This document shows positions 19,187-28,385 of a DNA stretch of 57,816 bases, piece after piece (the stretch's first letter is position 1; the number at the start of each line of letters is the position of its first letter). The translations under genes were made by a program, and so were the position numbers. Source of the stretch: Eubacteriales bacterium (GTDB lineage: Bacteria; Bacillota; Clostridia; Oscillospirales; CAG-272); assembly GCA_045632185.1 (NCBI GenBank), contig JAZQWF010000057.1, forward strand, positions 1 to 57,816. The letters are read 5' to 3'. The notes beneath the pieces were generated by a model that saw only the letters and a program-made list of their open reading frames with translations, was not told where the DNA came from and did no database searches.

Positions 19187-20632
19187 TTACGCGTTCTGCA
19201 ATACGCGCAGATAAAATTCTACGGTCTTTTCGATCGTTTCCACGGGGATGCGCTCGTCGTTGCCGTGAATGCTGGCGCGCTCGGCCTTGGAAAGCGCCAT
19301 GGCAGAGAAACGGTAGACCTTGTCGCTGATGCGGCCGTAGTGACGCGAGTCAGAGCAGGCAAGCATCAGATAAGGAGATACGATCGTACCCTGCCAGGTG
19401 TCGGCGATTGCGTTTTTGAGGTTTTCCCAGCCCTCTCCCTCGGTCACGGAGATGCGCGAGGGGTTCATGCCGTAAATGGGCGTGAGGGTGATCTTATCAT
19501 TGTCGATCGTCTTGCGGATGCGCTCTACGGCGCTGTCCACGGTATCCCCCTCCATCAATCGCAGGTTAGCAAGCATCGATGCCTCGGGCGGGATCACGTT
19601 CATGCCCTTGCTGCCCTGCATCTGTGTGAAGGCAACGGTGGTGCGCACCAGGGCGTTGAGCTCGCCGCCGGATTTCTTGCAGATCATATTCAGCACGGGG
19701 CGGAAGAACCACAGGTTCGCAAAGATCAAGCGATAAACAAAAGAGGAGTGTCTGCCCAGCGTGTCGAACATTTCAAGCGCGGGCTTGGACAGGCGGAAGG
19801 GGAAGGGATCATTCTCCACCTTGACGCAGGCGGCGGAAAGCACGCCCACGGGGGTGTGCGGCGGGGGAGAGGAGGCGTGTCCGCCGTTTGTCTGCACGGA
19901 AAATTGCAAATTGAGCATGCCCTTTTCTGCAATGCCGATGAGGGCGCAGGGCGCCTTCACGCCGGGGAATACGTTTTCCACAACGGCGCCGCCCTCGTCA
20001 ATGACAAGGCCGGGCTCGATGTCGTTTTTCTCTAAGTAATCTACGATGGCGGGCGCGCCCTTGCCATTGACCTCCTCGCTACCGGAAAAGGCGAAATATA
20101 CGTCCCGTTTTGGGGTATATCCCTTTTCCAACAGCGTCTCGGCGGCTTGCAGCACACCGTTGAGCGTGCCCTTGGTGTCAAGGGTGCCGCGTCCCCAGAG
20201 GACGCCGTCCTCCAAAAGTCCTTCAAAGGCGGGACGCGCCCAGTTTTCCTCCACGACGGATACCACGTCGTAGTGGGACATCAGAATGAGGGGGGCTTCG
20301 CTGCTCTTGCCGCGAAGGCGCAGGAAGATGGCGCGCTGGCCAACGTCGATCTGCTCGCACGCGGCGTATACGCGGGGGAAAAGAGTGGGCAAGAGCGCGT
20401 GGAACTTTTCAAATTCCGCCGCGTCCTCCTTTTGGGGATCGTGATCGGATACCGTTTTGCAGCGGATCATTTGTGCAAGGTCGTTTACCGCCTTTTCGCG
20501 GTCAAAGTCTACGGGGGCTACGGTGCGTGCCTCCTGCGCGCGGGGCTTGAAGCACAGCGCACGCAGAATAAGAATGGCAAGAAGGAGCGCTACGGCGCCG
20601 CCGATACCGATGCCGATATATGCGCCGATCAT
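19187..20632 (-). CDS. M20-family metallopeptidase/amidohydrolase with an N-terminal membrane anchor
   Basis: N-terminal helix MIGAYIGIGIGGAVALLLAILILRAL, then M20 metal motifs LMSHYDVV, GRGTLDTKG, SGSEEV. The ATGA start overlaps the upstream stop. Confidence 0.8.
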   Translation of the reverse strand: MIGAYIGIGIGGAVALLLAILILRALCFKPRAQEARTVAPVDFDREKAVNDLAQMIRCKTVSDHDPQKEDAAEFEKFHALLPTLFPRVYAACEQIDVGQRAIFLRLRGKSSEAPLILMSHYDVVSVVEENWARPAFEGLLEDGVLWGRGTLDTKGTLNGVLQAAETLLEKGYTPKRDVYFAFSGSEEVNGKGAPAIVDYLEKNDIEPGLVIDEGGAVVENVFPGVKAPCALIGIAEKGMLNLQFSVQTNGGHASSPPPHTPVGVLSAACVKVENDPFPFRLSKPALEMFDTLGRHSSFVYRLIFANLWFFRPVLNMICKKSGGELNALVRTTVAFTQMQGSKGMNVIPPEASMLANLRLMEGDTVDSAVERIRKTIDNDKITLTPIYGMNPSRISVTEGEGWENLKNAIADTWQGTIVSPYLMLACSDSRHYGRISDKVYRFSAMALSKAERASIHGNDERIPVETIEKTVEFYLRVLQNA

Positions 20633-21336
20633 GCTTCGTCCTCCGCATGTGCCATGGCGCTGCCGCGCTCGCCAAGCATACCCTTGTTATACATAACGCG
20701 GGATACGGCAAGGGCGAAAAGCACGCCGACGGGTACCATGATGCCGACAAGGCCTGCGTTGAGGTAGGGAACAAAGAAGAACAGCACCAGCATCAGGCAG
20801 ATGGGGGCTACGGCGATCTTCCAGTTCTTCGAGATATAAACTACGCCAAGCGCGCCGAAAAGGGCGGGCAGGACGCTGTCAAAGGCGGGAGTAAGGGTGG
20901 GATTTTCCAGCACGGGGGTAAGCGGTACGATCAAGAGCACGCCAAGCGCAATGATCAGCGTGGTGACGATAGAGGAGGTTGCGATGGCGATGGTGGAGAT
21001 GATCTCGCCCTCCTCGCTGGTGGGGCTGACGTTTGCCTTGTCCATGGCGTTCAGCGCGCAGGGAACCTTTAAGTTGGTCAGGTTGCCCGTAACGAAGCTC
21101 AGGTAAGCGCCGCCTGCACCGAGCATGGGGATATAGGTAAACACCTCGATAATGCCGACGGTCCAGAAAAGCGGAGCCACGCCAAGCAGACCTTTGAGAA
21201 GTCCTGTGGGATCAGGCAGGGCGCGGAACAAGATCGCAACGATCACGGGGAAAAGCAGGATCGCAAAGGCGGCGGCAAGTCCCCAAAGGCGGCCGTAGAA
21301 GTGGACGCTTTCGATATAAGTTCTTTCTTTTTTCAT
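20629..21336 (-). CDS. Multi-pass membrane protein, family not recognised
   Basis: About 6 hydrophobic segments. Start set at MKKERTY (21336) behind AAAGGAG, 16 nt after the upstream gene. Confidence 0.6.
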   Translation of the reverse strand: MKKERTYIESVHFYGRLWGLAAAFAILLFPVIVAILFRALPDPTGLLKGLLGVAPLFWTVGIIEVFTYIPMLGAGGAYLSFVTGNLTNLKVPCALNAMDKANVSPTSEEGEIISTIAIATSSIVTTLIIALGVLLIVPLTPVLENPTLTPAFDSVLPALFGALGVVYISKNWKIAVAPICLMLVLFFFVPYLNAGLVGIMVPVGVLFALAVSRVMYNKGMLGERGSAMAHAEDEA

Positions 21337-21352
21337 ATCTGTCACACTCCTT

Positions 21353-22114
21353 TCAGGCAAGCCAAGCCGTGATCGGTATGGCTGCCAGCATGCCGCAAAG
21401 CATACTGATGGGCAGGGCGTAGTCGTTCATCCAGGCCCATTTCAGCTTCTTCATCAAAAGGCCGCAAACCACCATCACGATGGCAGAGGCGAACATGACA
21501 AGCAGCGGAATGAAATCCTTGGAGGCGTAATTGAAGATCACGCCATCGTCGGTCTGGATAAATCCGAGGTTGCAGATGATCAGCCCGAGGAATGCGCTGA
21601 TCATGCCCATGAACAGGGCAGTCATAAAGATCTCGCCCCATTTGGTGTCCTTCTGACGGATCTTCATCACGCCGCCGGATACCTTTTTACCAAGCAAGGG
21701 GGCAAGGAACAGGCTGGCGGCAATGCCGATGGTCATGACCGCGGCAATGGTAACGAATTGTGATGCCGTGAAGGGCGTTGCCGAGTCCGAGAGGGAGTTA
21801 CCCGCGCCGGAGGCGGCCAGCTCAGCGGCGGAAAGCTCGTAGGTGAGCGAGCCGATGACGGAAAGGCGCAGCCAGGGCAGGGCGATACCCAGCTTTTTGG
21901 AAAGCGTGATCACGCCGATGAAGATGCCGATCGCGGGGGCAACGGTGAAAAGAGCCGCACCCTTGATGACGCCGTTCAGCGTTTTGCGCTGCATGCCGAT
22001 GGCAAGCCCGCGGCGGTAGGCGCGCACCAGGAAGAACGCCGATTGCGCTACCACGAAGGCGATGATGGCTCCCACGATGATAAACAACGCGGGGTGGTTA
22101 ACGGGGAAGTTCAT
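21353..22114 (-). CDS. Multi-pass membrane protein, possibly DUF5058-type
   Basis: 253 aa with 6-7 hydrophobic segments; first gene of a three-gene operon. The family name is from memory of similar neighbourhoods and is not verified. Confidence 0.55.
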   Translation of the reverse strand: MNFPVNHPALFIIVGAIIAFVVAQSAFFLVRAYRRGLAIGMQRKTLNGVIKGAALFTVAPAIGIFIGVITLSKKLGIALPWLRLSVIGSLTYELSAAELAASGAGNSLSDSATPFTASQFVTIAAVMTIGIAASLFLAPLLGKKVSGGVMKIRQKDTKWGEIFMTALFMGMISAFLGLIICNLGFIQTDDGVIFNYASKDFIPLLVMFASAIVMVVCGLLMKKLKWAWMNDYALPISMLCGMLAAIPITAWLA

Positions 22115-22213
22115 ACAAAGACCTCGTTTCTTTTAAAGTACATTTCATTATAACATAATACACGCGCAAGCGCAAGGAAATTTTCGACTTTATTCTTTTT
22201 TTGGCGAAAAGTC

Positions 22214-22242
22214 TTGACACAACGGCACAGTTGTGCTATACT
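22214..22242 (+). promoter_or_regulatory. Sigma-70 promoter of the T-box/trpB unit
   Basis: TTGACA (22214-22219) - 17 nt - TATACT (22237-22242). Confidence 0.6.
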
Positions 22243-22249
22243 TTTCCTA

Positions 22250-22512
22250 CAAACCGTTGATGCGGAGATAAAGGCGGCACGCGCTGCACAGAGAGCCCGG
22301 GGTGGTGAGAGCCGGGTGAGAAGGCAACCGTCAAATGGACCGCGGAGGGCGCAGTCAAAGGCATTTTGCCAAGTATTCTGCGACGCATGACAAGCGTCAT
22401 TTGTCGGGGGTATATTCGTACCCGTGAGAGCGCATTTTTGCGAACCAAGGTGGCACCGCGGAGCTTTTCCGTCCTTGGTAGAGAGGAATTCTCTGCCCGG
22501 GGACGGTTTTTT
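22250..22512 (+). promoter_or_regulatory. T-box leader with a Trp (UGG) specifier
   Basis: Stem I AGAGAG...GGTGGTGAGAG elements. Specifier context aaaTGGa, with TGG at 22336-22338. T-box sequence aaccaaGGTGGCACCGCGg (22444-22461). Terminator CCGTCC...GGACGGtttttt at 22469-22512. Confidence 0.8.
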
Positions 22513-22613
22513 CTTTCCCACGGGGGAATGGAGGCAAATATGTTCATTCTGTCCGCGCGATGGCGATCGCACACCTGAACCCACGCAAGAATACATCAAA
22601 AGGAGAATATAAA

Positions 22614-23843
22614 ATGAAATTCAACAACGTCGATTTTGACACCTACTTCCAACAGTATCCCGACGAAAACGGCTTCTTCGGCCCTTACGGCGGTGCTTAT
22701 ATCGCAGACGAGCTCAAGGACGCGATGCGTGAGATCACGGACGCGTACTTCTCCATTTGCCAGTCTCGCAAGTTTATCAACGAGCTGCGCCGCGTGCGCA
22801 AGGAATTCCAGGGACGTCCCACGCCCATTTCGCATTTGGAGCGCCTTTCCAACGCGCTCGGCAACGTACAGCTTTACGTCAAGCGCGAGGATCTGAACCA
22901 CTCCGGCGCACACAAGCTTAACCATTGCATGGGTGAGGCGCTGCTTGCCAAGTATATGGGCAAGAAGAAGGTGATCGCAGAAACCGGTGCCGGCCAGCAC
23001 GGCGTGGCGCTTGCCACCGCCGCCGCTTACTTCGGCTTGGAGTGCGACATCTACATGGGCAGCGTGGATATCAAGAAGCAGGCGCCCAACGTGGCAAGAA
23101 TGAAGATCCTCGGTGCGAACGTGGTCGAGGTCAAGCACGGCCTTGCAACCTTGAAGGAGGCGGTTGACGCCGCATTTGAGGCATACGCAAGAGAATATAA
23201 GGATTGCATCTACTGCATCGGCTCGGTGCTGGGCCCGCACCCCTTCCCGATGATGGTGCGCGACTTCCAGCAGGTCGTGGGTATCGAGGCAAGAGAGCAG
23301 TTCCTGGATATGACGGGTCACCTGCCCACCGCTATCACTGCGTGTGTGGGCGGCGGATCGAACGCCGCAGGATTTTTCTCCGGCTTCCTCAACGACCCTG
23401 TGGATATTTATGGCATTGAGCCCCTTGGCCGCGGCGCCAAGCTCGGCGATCACGCCGCCAGCTTGCAGTACGGCAGCGAGGGTATCATGCACGGCTTTAA
23501 CAGTATCATGCTCAAGGACGAGAACGGCGAGCCCGCGCCCGTTTACTCGGTGGCAAGCGGTCTGGATTATCCTTCCAGCGGCCCCGAGCACGCCTTCTGG
23601 CACAAGCTTGGTCGCGTCAAGTACGACGTGATCGACGACGAGGAGGCCGTGGACGCCTTCTTCACTCTGGCGCGCATGGAGGGTATCATTCCCGCCATCG
23701 AGAGCAGCCATGCCGTGGCACACGGCATCAAGCTTGCAAAGCAGATGAAGCACGGCTCGGTGCTGATCAACCTCTCCGGCCGTGGCGACAAGGATATGGA
23801 CTACGTCATTGAGAACTTCGGCGAGAAGTACGGCTTGAAATAA
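22614..23843 (+). CDS. trpB: Tryptophan synthase beta chain (stand-alone)
   Basis: PLP lysine motif [17 protein letters not shown], 409 aa. Start MKFNNVDF sits behind AAAGGAG; the track start at 22560 lies in the leader. Confidence 0.9.
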   Translation: MKFNNVDFDTYFQQYPDENGFFGPYGGAYIADELKDAMREITDAYFSICQSRKFINELRRVRKEFQGRPTPISHLERLSNALGNVQLYVKREDLNHSGAHKLNHCMGEALLAKYMGKKKVIAETGAGQHGVALATAAAYFGLECDIYMGSVDIKKQAPNVARMKILGANVVEVKHGLATLKEAVDAAFEAYAREYKDCIYCIGSVLGPHPFPMMVRDFQQVVGIEAREQFLDMTGHLPTAITACVGGGSNAAGFFSGFLNDPVDIYGIEPLGRGAKLGDHAASLQYGSEGIMHGFNSIMLKDENGEPAPVYSVASGLDYPSSGPEHAFWHKLGRVKYDVIDDEEAVDAFFTLARMEGIIPAIESSHAVAHGIKLAKQMKHGSVLINLSGRGDKDMDYVIENFGEKYGLK

Positions 23844-23852
23844 TTGAAGCAT

Positions 23853-23892
23853 AAAAGAATGGCGCACCGATCATCGGTGCGCCATTCTTTTT
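23853..23892. terminator. Bidirectional intrinsic terminator
   Basis: aaaAGAATGGCGCACCGATcATCGGTGCGCCATTCTtttt. Overlaps the stop of the minus-strand decarboxylase gene. Confidence 0.85.
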
Positions 23893-25231
23893 ATTTGACT
23901 GTGTCGATCTCCTCAATGCCGTAGGCCTTGAAAAGTGCGATATGCTCGCGCGTGATGCGCTCGCCGCTCACCGCGATCGGGATCGCAGGGGGGCAGGATA
24001 CGCAGGGGGAGGCACAGATCTTCCCTTCGGCTTTTCCTGCGGGAATGCGCTCGCGTGCCGAGAGCATTGCCTCACGGATCGAGAGCGCTTTTTCGGCGTT
24101 ACGTGGCATAACGGTATGAGTTTTCGACAGCTCTGCGCGCTGCGGCAACGAGCAAAGCGCCAGCGCCACGCGGGAAAGCTCCTCGTCCGTGTTCTGCGGT
24201 GTGCACATCAGCACCACGCAGTCGCGGTCAACAAATTCCGGCTCAACACCGCCCTCTCGCAGGGCGCTTGCCAGCGCCTCGCCCGAGTAGCCGCGCGCGC
24301 GGCCGTCTACGGTCAGCTTCAAGGGCTCGTTGCCGAGCAGCTCGTAGCCCACGGAGGTGAGCAGCTCCTTCAATCCCGCCACGCGCGCCGTGCAATCGGC
24401 AAGCTGCGCGGGGAATTCATTTGCAAGATATGCGTTGCAAAGGTCAAGTGACTGCAAAAGCAGATAGGAGGGGCTGCTGCTGGCAAACATGGCCAGCGCT
24501 TGTCTTGCACCCTCAAAAAATGCCTTGGGCGCGTCCTTGGCAATATGCAGATACGCCGTGCCGGTGAGCGCAGGCAGCGTTTTGTGCGCAGAGTCCGCAC
24601 ACATGGTGGCGCCAAGTGCCATTGGGTGGCAAACGGGGTGAGAAAACGCCGTATAAGCACCATGCGCATTGTCCACCAAAAGCGGCACGGCGTGGCGCGT
24701 GCAGACCCCCACAAGTGCGGCAATATCCAGCACGTTGCCCAGATAATCGGGCGATGTTACAAACACCGCGCAATAGGGGGCTTCGGCTCCCGAAAGTGCG
24801 CTTTCCAACTCCGCGGCATCTACGCGACATTCGCAAAGATGCGTGTTCTCGCCGTAGAGCCAATCTACGTCAATGTCTAAAAGTCCGCACCCGTAAAGGA
24901 AGGACTTGTGCGCGTTTCTTGTTGCTAAAATGCGCGGACGGGTGCCGTTTTTTGGCGCGTTTTGCACCGCAAGCGCCAGCATCGCCTTGATGGGGAGCGT
25001 GGCCCCCTCCGTGGAATAGAAGGTCGCACCCGCGCCGAACAGCGCGGCGGCGTTTTGCTCGCTTTCGGCGATCACGCCCTCGGCATGGAACAGATCGTCC
25101 GCGCCCGCGATCTCGGTGATATCCAGCTGCTCGCAGCCAAGGAGCTTAACGCCCTTGTGCCCCGGCATATGCAATCGTGCCGTGCCGCTTTCCAGATAGG
25201 CACGCACGAAATCTACGATGGGGGTGTTCAT
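23891..25231 (-). CDS. Orn/Lys/Arg decarboxylase-family PLP enzyme
   Basis: MNTPIVDFVRAYLESGTARLHMPGHKG and PLP lysine DSAHKTLP. The ATG at 25231 overlaps the TGA of scfB (ATGA). Confidence 0.8.
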   Translation of the reverse strand: MNTPIVDFVRAYLESGTARLHMPGHKGVKLLGCEQLDITEIAGADDLFHAEGVIAESEQNAAALFGAGATFYSTEGATLPIKAMLALAVQNAPKNGTRPRILATRNAHKSFLYGCGLLDIDVDWLYGENTHLCECRVDAAELESALSGAEAPYCAVFVTSPDYLGNVLDIAALVGVCTRHAVPLLVDNAHGAYTAFSHPVCHPMALGATMCADSAHKTLPALTGTAYLHIAKDAPKAFFEGARQALAMFASSSPSYLLLQSLDLCNAYLANEFPAQLADCTARVAGLKELLTSVGYELLGNEPLKLTVDGRARGYSGEALASALREGGVEPEFVDRDCVVLMCTPQNTDEELSRVALALCSLPQRAELSKTHTVMPRNAEKALSIREAMLSARERIPAGKAEGKICASPCVSCPPAIPIAVSGERITREHIALFKAYGIEEIDTVK

Positions 25232-26604
25232 TGCTCCTCGTGCTCTGCGACCTGCATCATCACGGCACATTCGATGCGCTTTTTGAACAGCTCGCAGCCG
25301 TATTCATATACGCCGCTGATCGAGCCCGTGGCGTGGTAGGCGTTGGCCGCACAACCGCCCGAGCAGAACATTCTTGCCCAGCAATCACGGCACGCGGGAC
25401 GTGCGTAGGCGTTGCAGGCGCGGAACTCGTCCTGCACGGGGGTGTTCTTCACACCCTCCCACACGTTACCAAGCAGATACTTTTCGTCGCCCACGAACTG
25501 GTGGCAGGGATACAGATCGCCCCACGGTGTCACCGCCATATACTCGGTGCCCGAGCCACAGCCGGTGATGCGCTTATAGATACAGGGGCCGTTTTTGAGG
25601 TCGATCATATAGTGATAGAAGGTAAAGGGCTTGCCGTGCTTTTTGCGCTTGATCATTTCCTTGGCGAGGATCTCGTACTGCTCAAAGAGCTTCGGCATAT
25701 CCTCGGCGGTCAGAGCGTAGGGATCGCCGGGAGGGCAGACCACGGGCTCCATCGAAAGCTCGGTAAAGCCGAGATCCGCCATATGGAACAGATCGTTCGT
25801 GAAATCCACGTTGTTATTGGTGAACGTGCCGCGTACGTAATAATTTTTGCCGCCGCGCTTTTCCACCAGGCGCTGGAAGTGGGGGACGATGGTATCGTAG
25901 CTGCCCTTGCCCGTGTAGTCCTTGCGGAAGTGATCGTTCACTTCCTTGCGGCCGTCAAGCGAGAGCACCACGTTGCTCATCTCCTTGTTCAACCAGTCGA
26001 TCAGCTCGTCGTCCATGATCATACCGTTGGTGGTGAAGGTGAAGCGGAAGTTCTTGTTGTAGTCCTTCTCAATGCTGCGGGCATACTCGACAAGCTGTTT
26101 AACAACGTCCAGATTGAGCGTTGGCTCGCCGCCGAAGAAGTCCACTTCAAGGTTGCGGCGCGTGCCGGAATTCTTGATCAGAAAGTCAAATGCCTGCTTG
26201 CCCACCTCAAAGGACATCAGGGCGCGCTCGCCGTGATACTTGCCCTGGCTTGCGAAGCAGTAAGAGCAGTTGAGGTTGCAGGTGTGTGCCACGTGCAGGC
26301 AAAGCGCCTTGACGACCTTGGAGTTGTTCTTGTAGTCGATGGCCAGGTTCTCGTACACGTCGGCAGAGTAAAGCTTGCCCGCCTTTTCAAGGGCCTTCAC
26401 GTCCTCGATACATTCCAGCAGCTCCTCGCGCGTCACGTCGGGCTTGTCCGCGTGCTTGGCAAGCAGCGCCTCCACGATCTCGTCAGCGGTGTGGGTCTTA
26501 TACATCTCGATGACGTCGTAAGCGACCTCGTCCACCGTATGCACCGAGCCCGAGCAGGTGTCCAGTACGATGTTGTATCCGTTCAGTTTATATTGATGTA
26601 CCAT
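25228..26604 (-). CDS. scfB: SCIFF radical-SAM/SPASM thioether maturase
   Basis: 458 aa with radical-SAM CNLNCSYC and a C-terminal SPASM Cys cluster (CGSG...CRDCWARMFCSGGC). It sits directly downstream of a SCIFF precursor. Confidence 0.9.
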   Translation of the reverse strand: MVHQYKLNGYNIVLDTCSGSVHTVDEVAYDVIEMYKTHTADEIVEALLAKHADKPDVTREELLECIEDVKALEKAGKLYSADVYENLAIDYKNNSKVVKALCLHVAHTCNLNCSYCFASQGKYHGERALMSFEVGKQAFDFLIKNSGTRRNLEVDFFGGEPTLNLDVVKQLVEYARSIEKDYNKNFRFTFTTNGMIMDDELIDWLNKEMSNVVLSLDGRKEVNDHFRKDYTGKGSYDTIVPHFQRLVEKRGGKNYYVRGTFTNNNVDFTNDLFHMADLGFTELSMEPVVCPPGDPYALTAEDMPKLFEQYEILAKEMIKRKKHGKPFTFYHYMIDLKNGPCIYKRITGCGSGTEYMAVTPWGDLYPCHQFVGDEKYLLGNVWEGVKNTPVQDEFRACNAYARPACRDCWARMFCSGGCAANAYHATGSISGVYEYGCELFKKRIECAVMMQVAEHEEQ

Positions 26605-26616
26605 AAATTACCTCAC

Positions 26617-26654
26617 AAAGAAAAACGCCGCTTTCGTCGGAAAGCGGCGTTTTA
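26617..26654 (-). terminator. Intrinsic terminator/attenuator between scfA and scfB
   Basis: Minus strand reads AAAACGCCGCTTTccgacgAAAGCGGCGTTTTTCTTT, immediately after the scfA stop. Confidence 0.7.
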
Positions 26655-26660
26655 TCCAAA

Positions 26661-26804
26661 TTACTTGTTGCTTTCGCAGCTCTGGTTGATAACGCCGCAA
26701 GAGGTCTTGCAAGCGGACTGGCAGGAGGTCTGGCACTCGCCGCAACCGCCGGTCTTTACGGTCTTCTGGATATCCTTGGTTTCGATGGTCTTGATTCTGC
26801 TCAT
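26661..26804 (-). CDS. scfA: SCIFF (six-cysteines-in-forty-five) ribosomal peptide precursor
   Basis: Not in the ORF track because it is under 60 aa. Hand translation: MSRIKTIETKDIQKTVKTGGCGECQTSCQSACKTSCGVINQSCESNK. SD AAGGAGG is 8 nt upstream. The GGCGECQTSCQSACKTSC core is the SCIFF signature. Confidence 0.9.
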   Translation of the reverse strand: MSRIKTIETKDIQKTVKTGGCGECQTSCQSACKTSCGVINQSCESNK

Positions 26805-26838
26805 GGGTAGAACCCTCCTTCTTTAAATTACTGATAAT

Positions 26839-26867
26839 ATTTTAGCACAAGTGTGCGCACTTGTCAA
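26839..26867 (-). promoter_or_regulatory. scfA promoter with an embedded palindrome
   Basis: Minus strand reads TTGACA - 17 nt - TAAAAT. The spacer contains CAAGTG-cgca-CACTTG (plus strand 26848-26863). Confidence 0.55.
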
Positions 26868-26890
26868 GCAAGAATTGCAATTTTTCGCAC

Positions 26891-28156
26891 TTATTTTCGC
26901 ACGGCACCCTCGCCCCACACGCGATATTTCACCGTGGTGAGTGCGTCAAGCCCCATCGGGCCTCTGGCGTGGAGCTTCTGGGTAGAGATGCCGATCTCCG
27001 CGCCGAAGCCGAACACCTCGCCGTCCGTGAAGCGGGTAGAGGCGTTGTGATAGACGGCGGCGGCGTCCACCAGATCGCAGAATTTGCCTGCGGCGATCTC
27101 GTCCTCGGTGATGATGGCCTCGCTGTGGCGGGTGCCGTATTTTTCAATGTGATCGATGGCTTCCTCGACCCCGTCTACCACCTTAACGGTCAGAACGTAG
27201 TCGTTGTATTCGGTGGCGAAGTCCTCCTCGGTCGCGGGAATTGCCTCGGGGAGAATGGCGCAGGTGTCGGCATCTCCGCGGAATTCCAGCTTCCATTCAC
27301 GGGTGGCTGCAAAAAGGGCGGGGAGAAGCTCTGCCGCTACGTCGCGGTGCACCAGCAGCGTTTCCGCCGCGTTGCACACGGACGGGCGTTGGCACTTGGC
27401 GTTCACCGTGACGGTGAGTGCTTTTTCAAGGTCTGCGTCCTTGTCTACATACACGTGGCAGTTGCCTGCGCCCGTTTCAATGACGGGGACGCGGGAATTG
27501 TTCACGCAATTCTGGATCAAGCTCTTGCCGCCGCGGGGGATCAGCACGTCCACAAGGCCGCGCATCTGCATCAGCGCATTGGCGCTTTCACGGTCGGTGA
27601 TCTCCACAAGTCCCACCACGTCGGGGGAGATATCAACACGGGTGAGCGCCTTTTGAATGGCGGCGACGACGGCGCGGTTGGTTTCAATGGCCTCCTTGCC
27701 GCCACGCAGGATCACGGCGTTACCCGACTTGATGCAAAGTGCTGCCGCATCGGCGGTGACGTTGGGGCGCGCCTCGTAAATGATGGCAACAAGCCCGAGC
27801 GGCACCTTGGCGCGGGTGATGGTGAGCCCCGCGGGGCGCGTCCAGGTGTCGCTGCCCTCCAAGGGGTCGGGGAGTGCGGTCAGATTTTTCACGGCCGCGG
27901 CAATGGCGTCAAGACGCGCCTCGGTCAGGGTAAGGCGATCCAGCATAACGCGCGGTACGCCGTTCTCAGCGGCGTTTGCAAGGTCGCGTTCATTGGCGGC
28001 GAGGATGCTCTGCTTTTCGGCAAGCAGCTGCTCGCTGATGGCGACAAGCGCCTTGTTGCGTGCGGCGTTTGAGGCAAGCGAGAGGGAGGGAAGTCCCTTT
28101 TTGGCGCGCTCGCAAAGCGATCTGACGGCAAGCGCGATCTCTTCCTTTGTGATCAT
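26891..28156 (-). CDS. proA: Gamma-glutamyl phosphate reductase
   Basis: 421 aa with IYEARPNV and the catalytic-Cys motif CNAAETLLVH. Confidence 0.9.
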   Translation of the reverse strand: MITKEEIALAVRSLCERAKKGLPSLSLASNAARNKALVAISEQLLAEKQSILAANERDLANAAENGVPRVMLDRLTLTEARLDAIAAAVKNLTALPDPLEGSDTWTRPAGLTITRAKVPLGLVAIIYEARPNVTADAAALCIKSGNAVILRGGKEAIETNRAVVAAIQKALTRVDISPDVVGLVEITDRESANALMQMRGLVDVLIPRGGKSLIQNCVNNSRVPVIETGAGNCHVYVDKDADLEKALTVTVNAKCQRPSVCNAAETLLVHRDVAAELLPALFAATREWKLEFRGDADTCAILPEAIPATEEDFATEYNDYVLTVKVVDGVEEAIDHIEKYGTRHSEAIITEDEIAAGKFCDLVDAAAVYHNASTRFTDGEVFGFGAEIGISTQKLHARGPMGLDALTTVKYRVWGEGAVRK

Positions 28157-28385
28157 GGTCTATCCTTTCTTTTGCGCGGGGCGCAAAATGCAAATTCCGT
28201 TTCAGCCCTTGGGGAGACGTGGAAGTAGTATAACACAATCTGCGGGAAAATGCAAGTATTTTTCCTCGCGCGCGTGTGTATATTAAAAAATGAGGGGGAA
28301 GTGTGTGTGCAGACGTGCGAAAACGGCTTGACTTTTTGCGCTTTTCGTGATAAACTGAAATTATCAAGAAAAAAGGAGAGAGGAT

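Noticed and set aside
22560-22613. Upstream extension of trpB from the track start ([18 protein letters not shown]...)
   Set aside because: The extension begins just downstream of the T-box terminator, within the leader. The internal ATG at 22614 has a proper AAAGGAG SD and gives the canonical TrpB N-terminus.
28157-28385. Possible T-box or riboswitch upstream of proA
   Set aside because: The minus-strand leader is only about 70 nt after a TGTTATACT promoter and has no T-box sequence or conserved riboswitch core.
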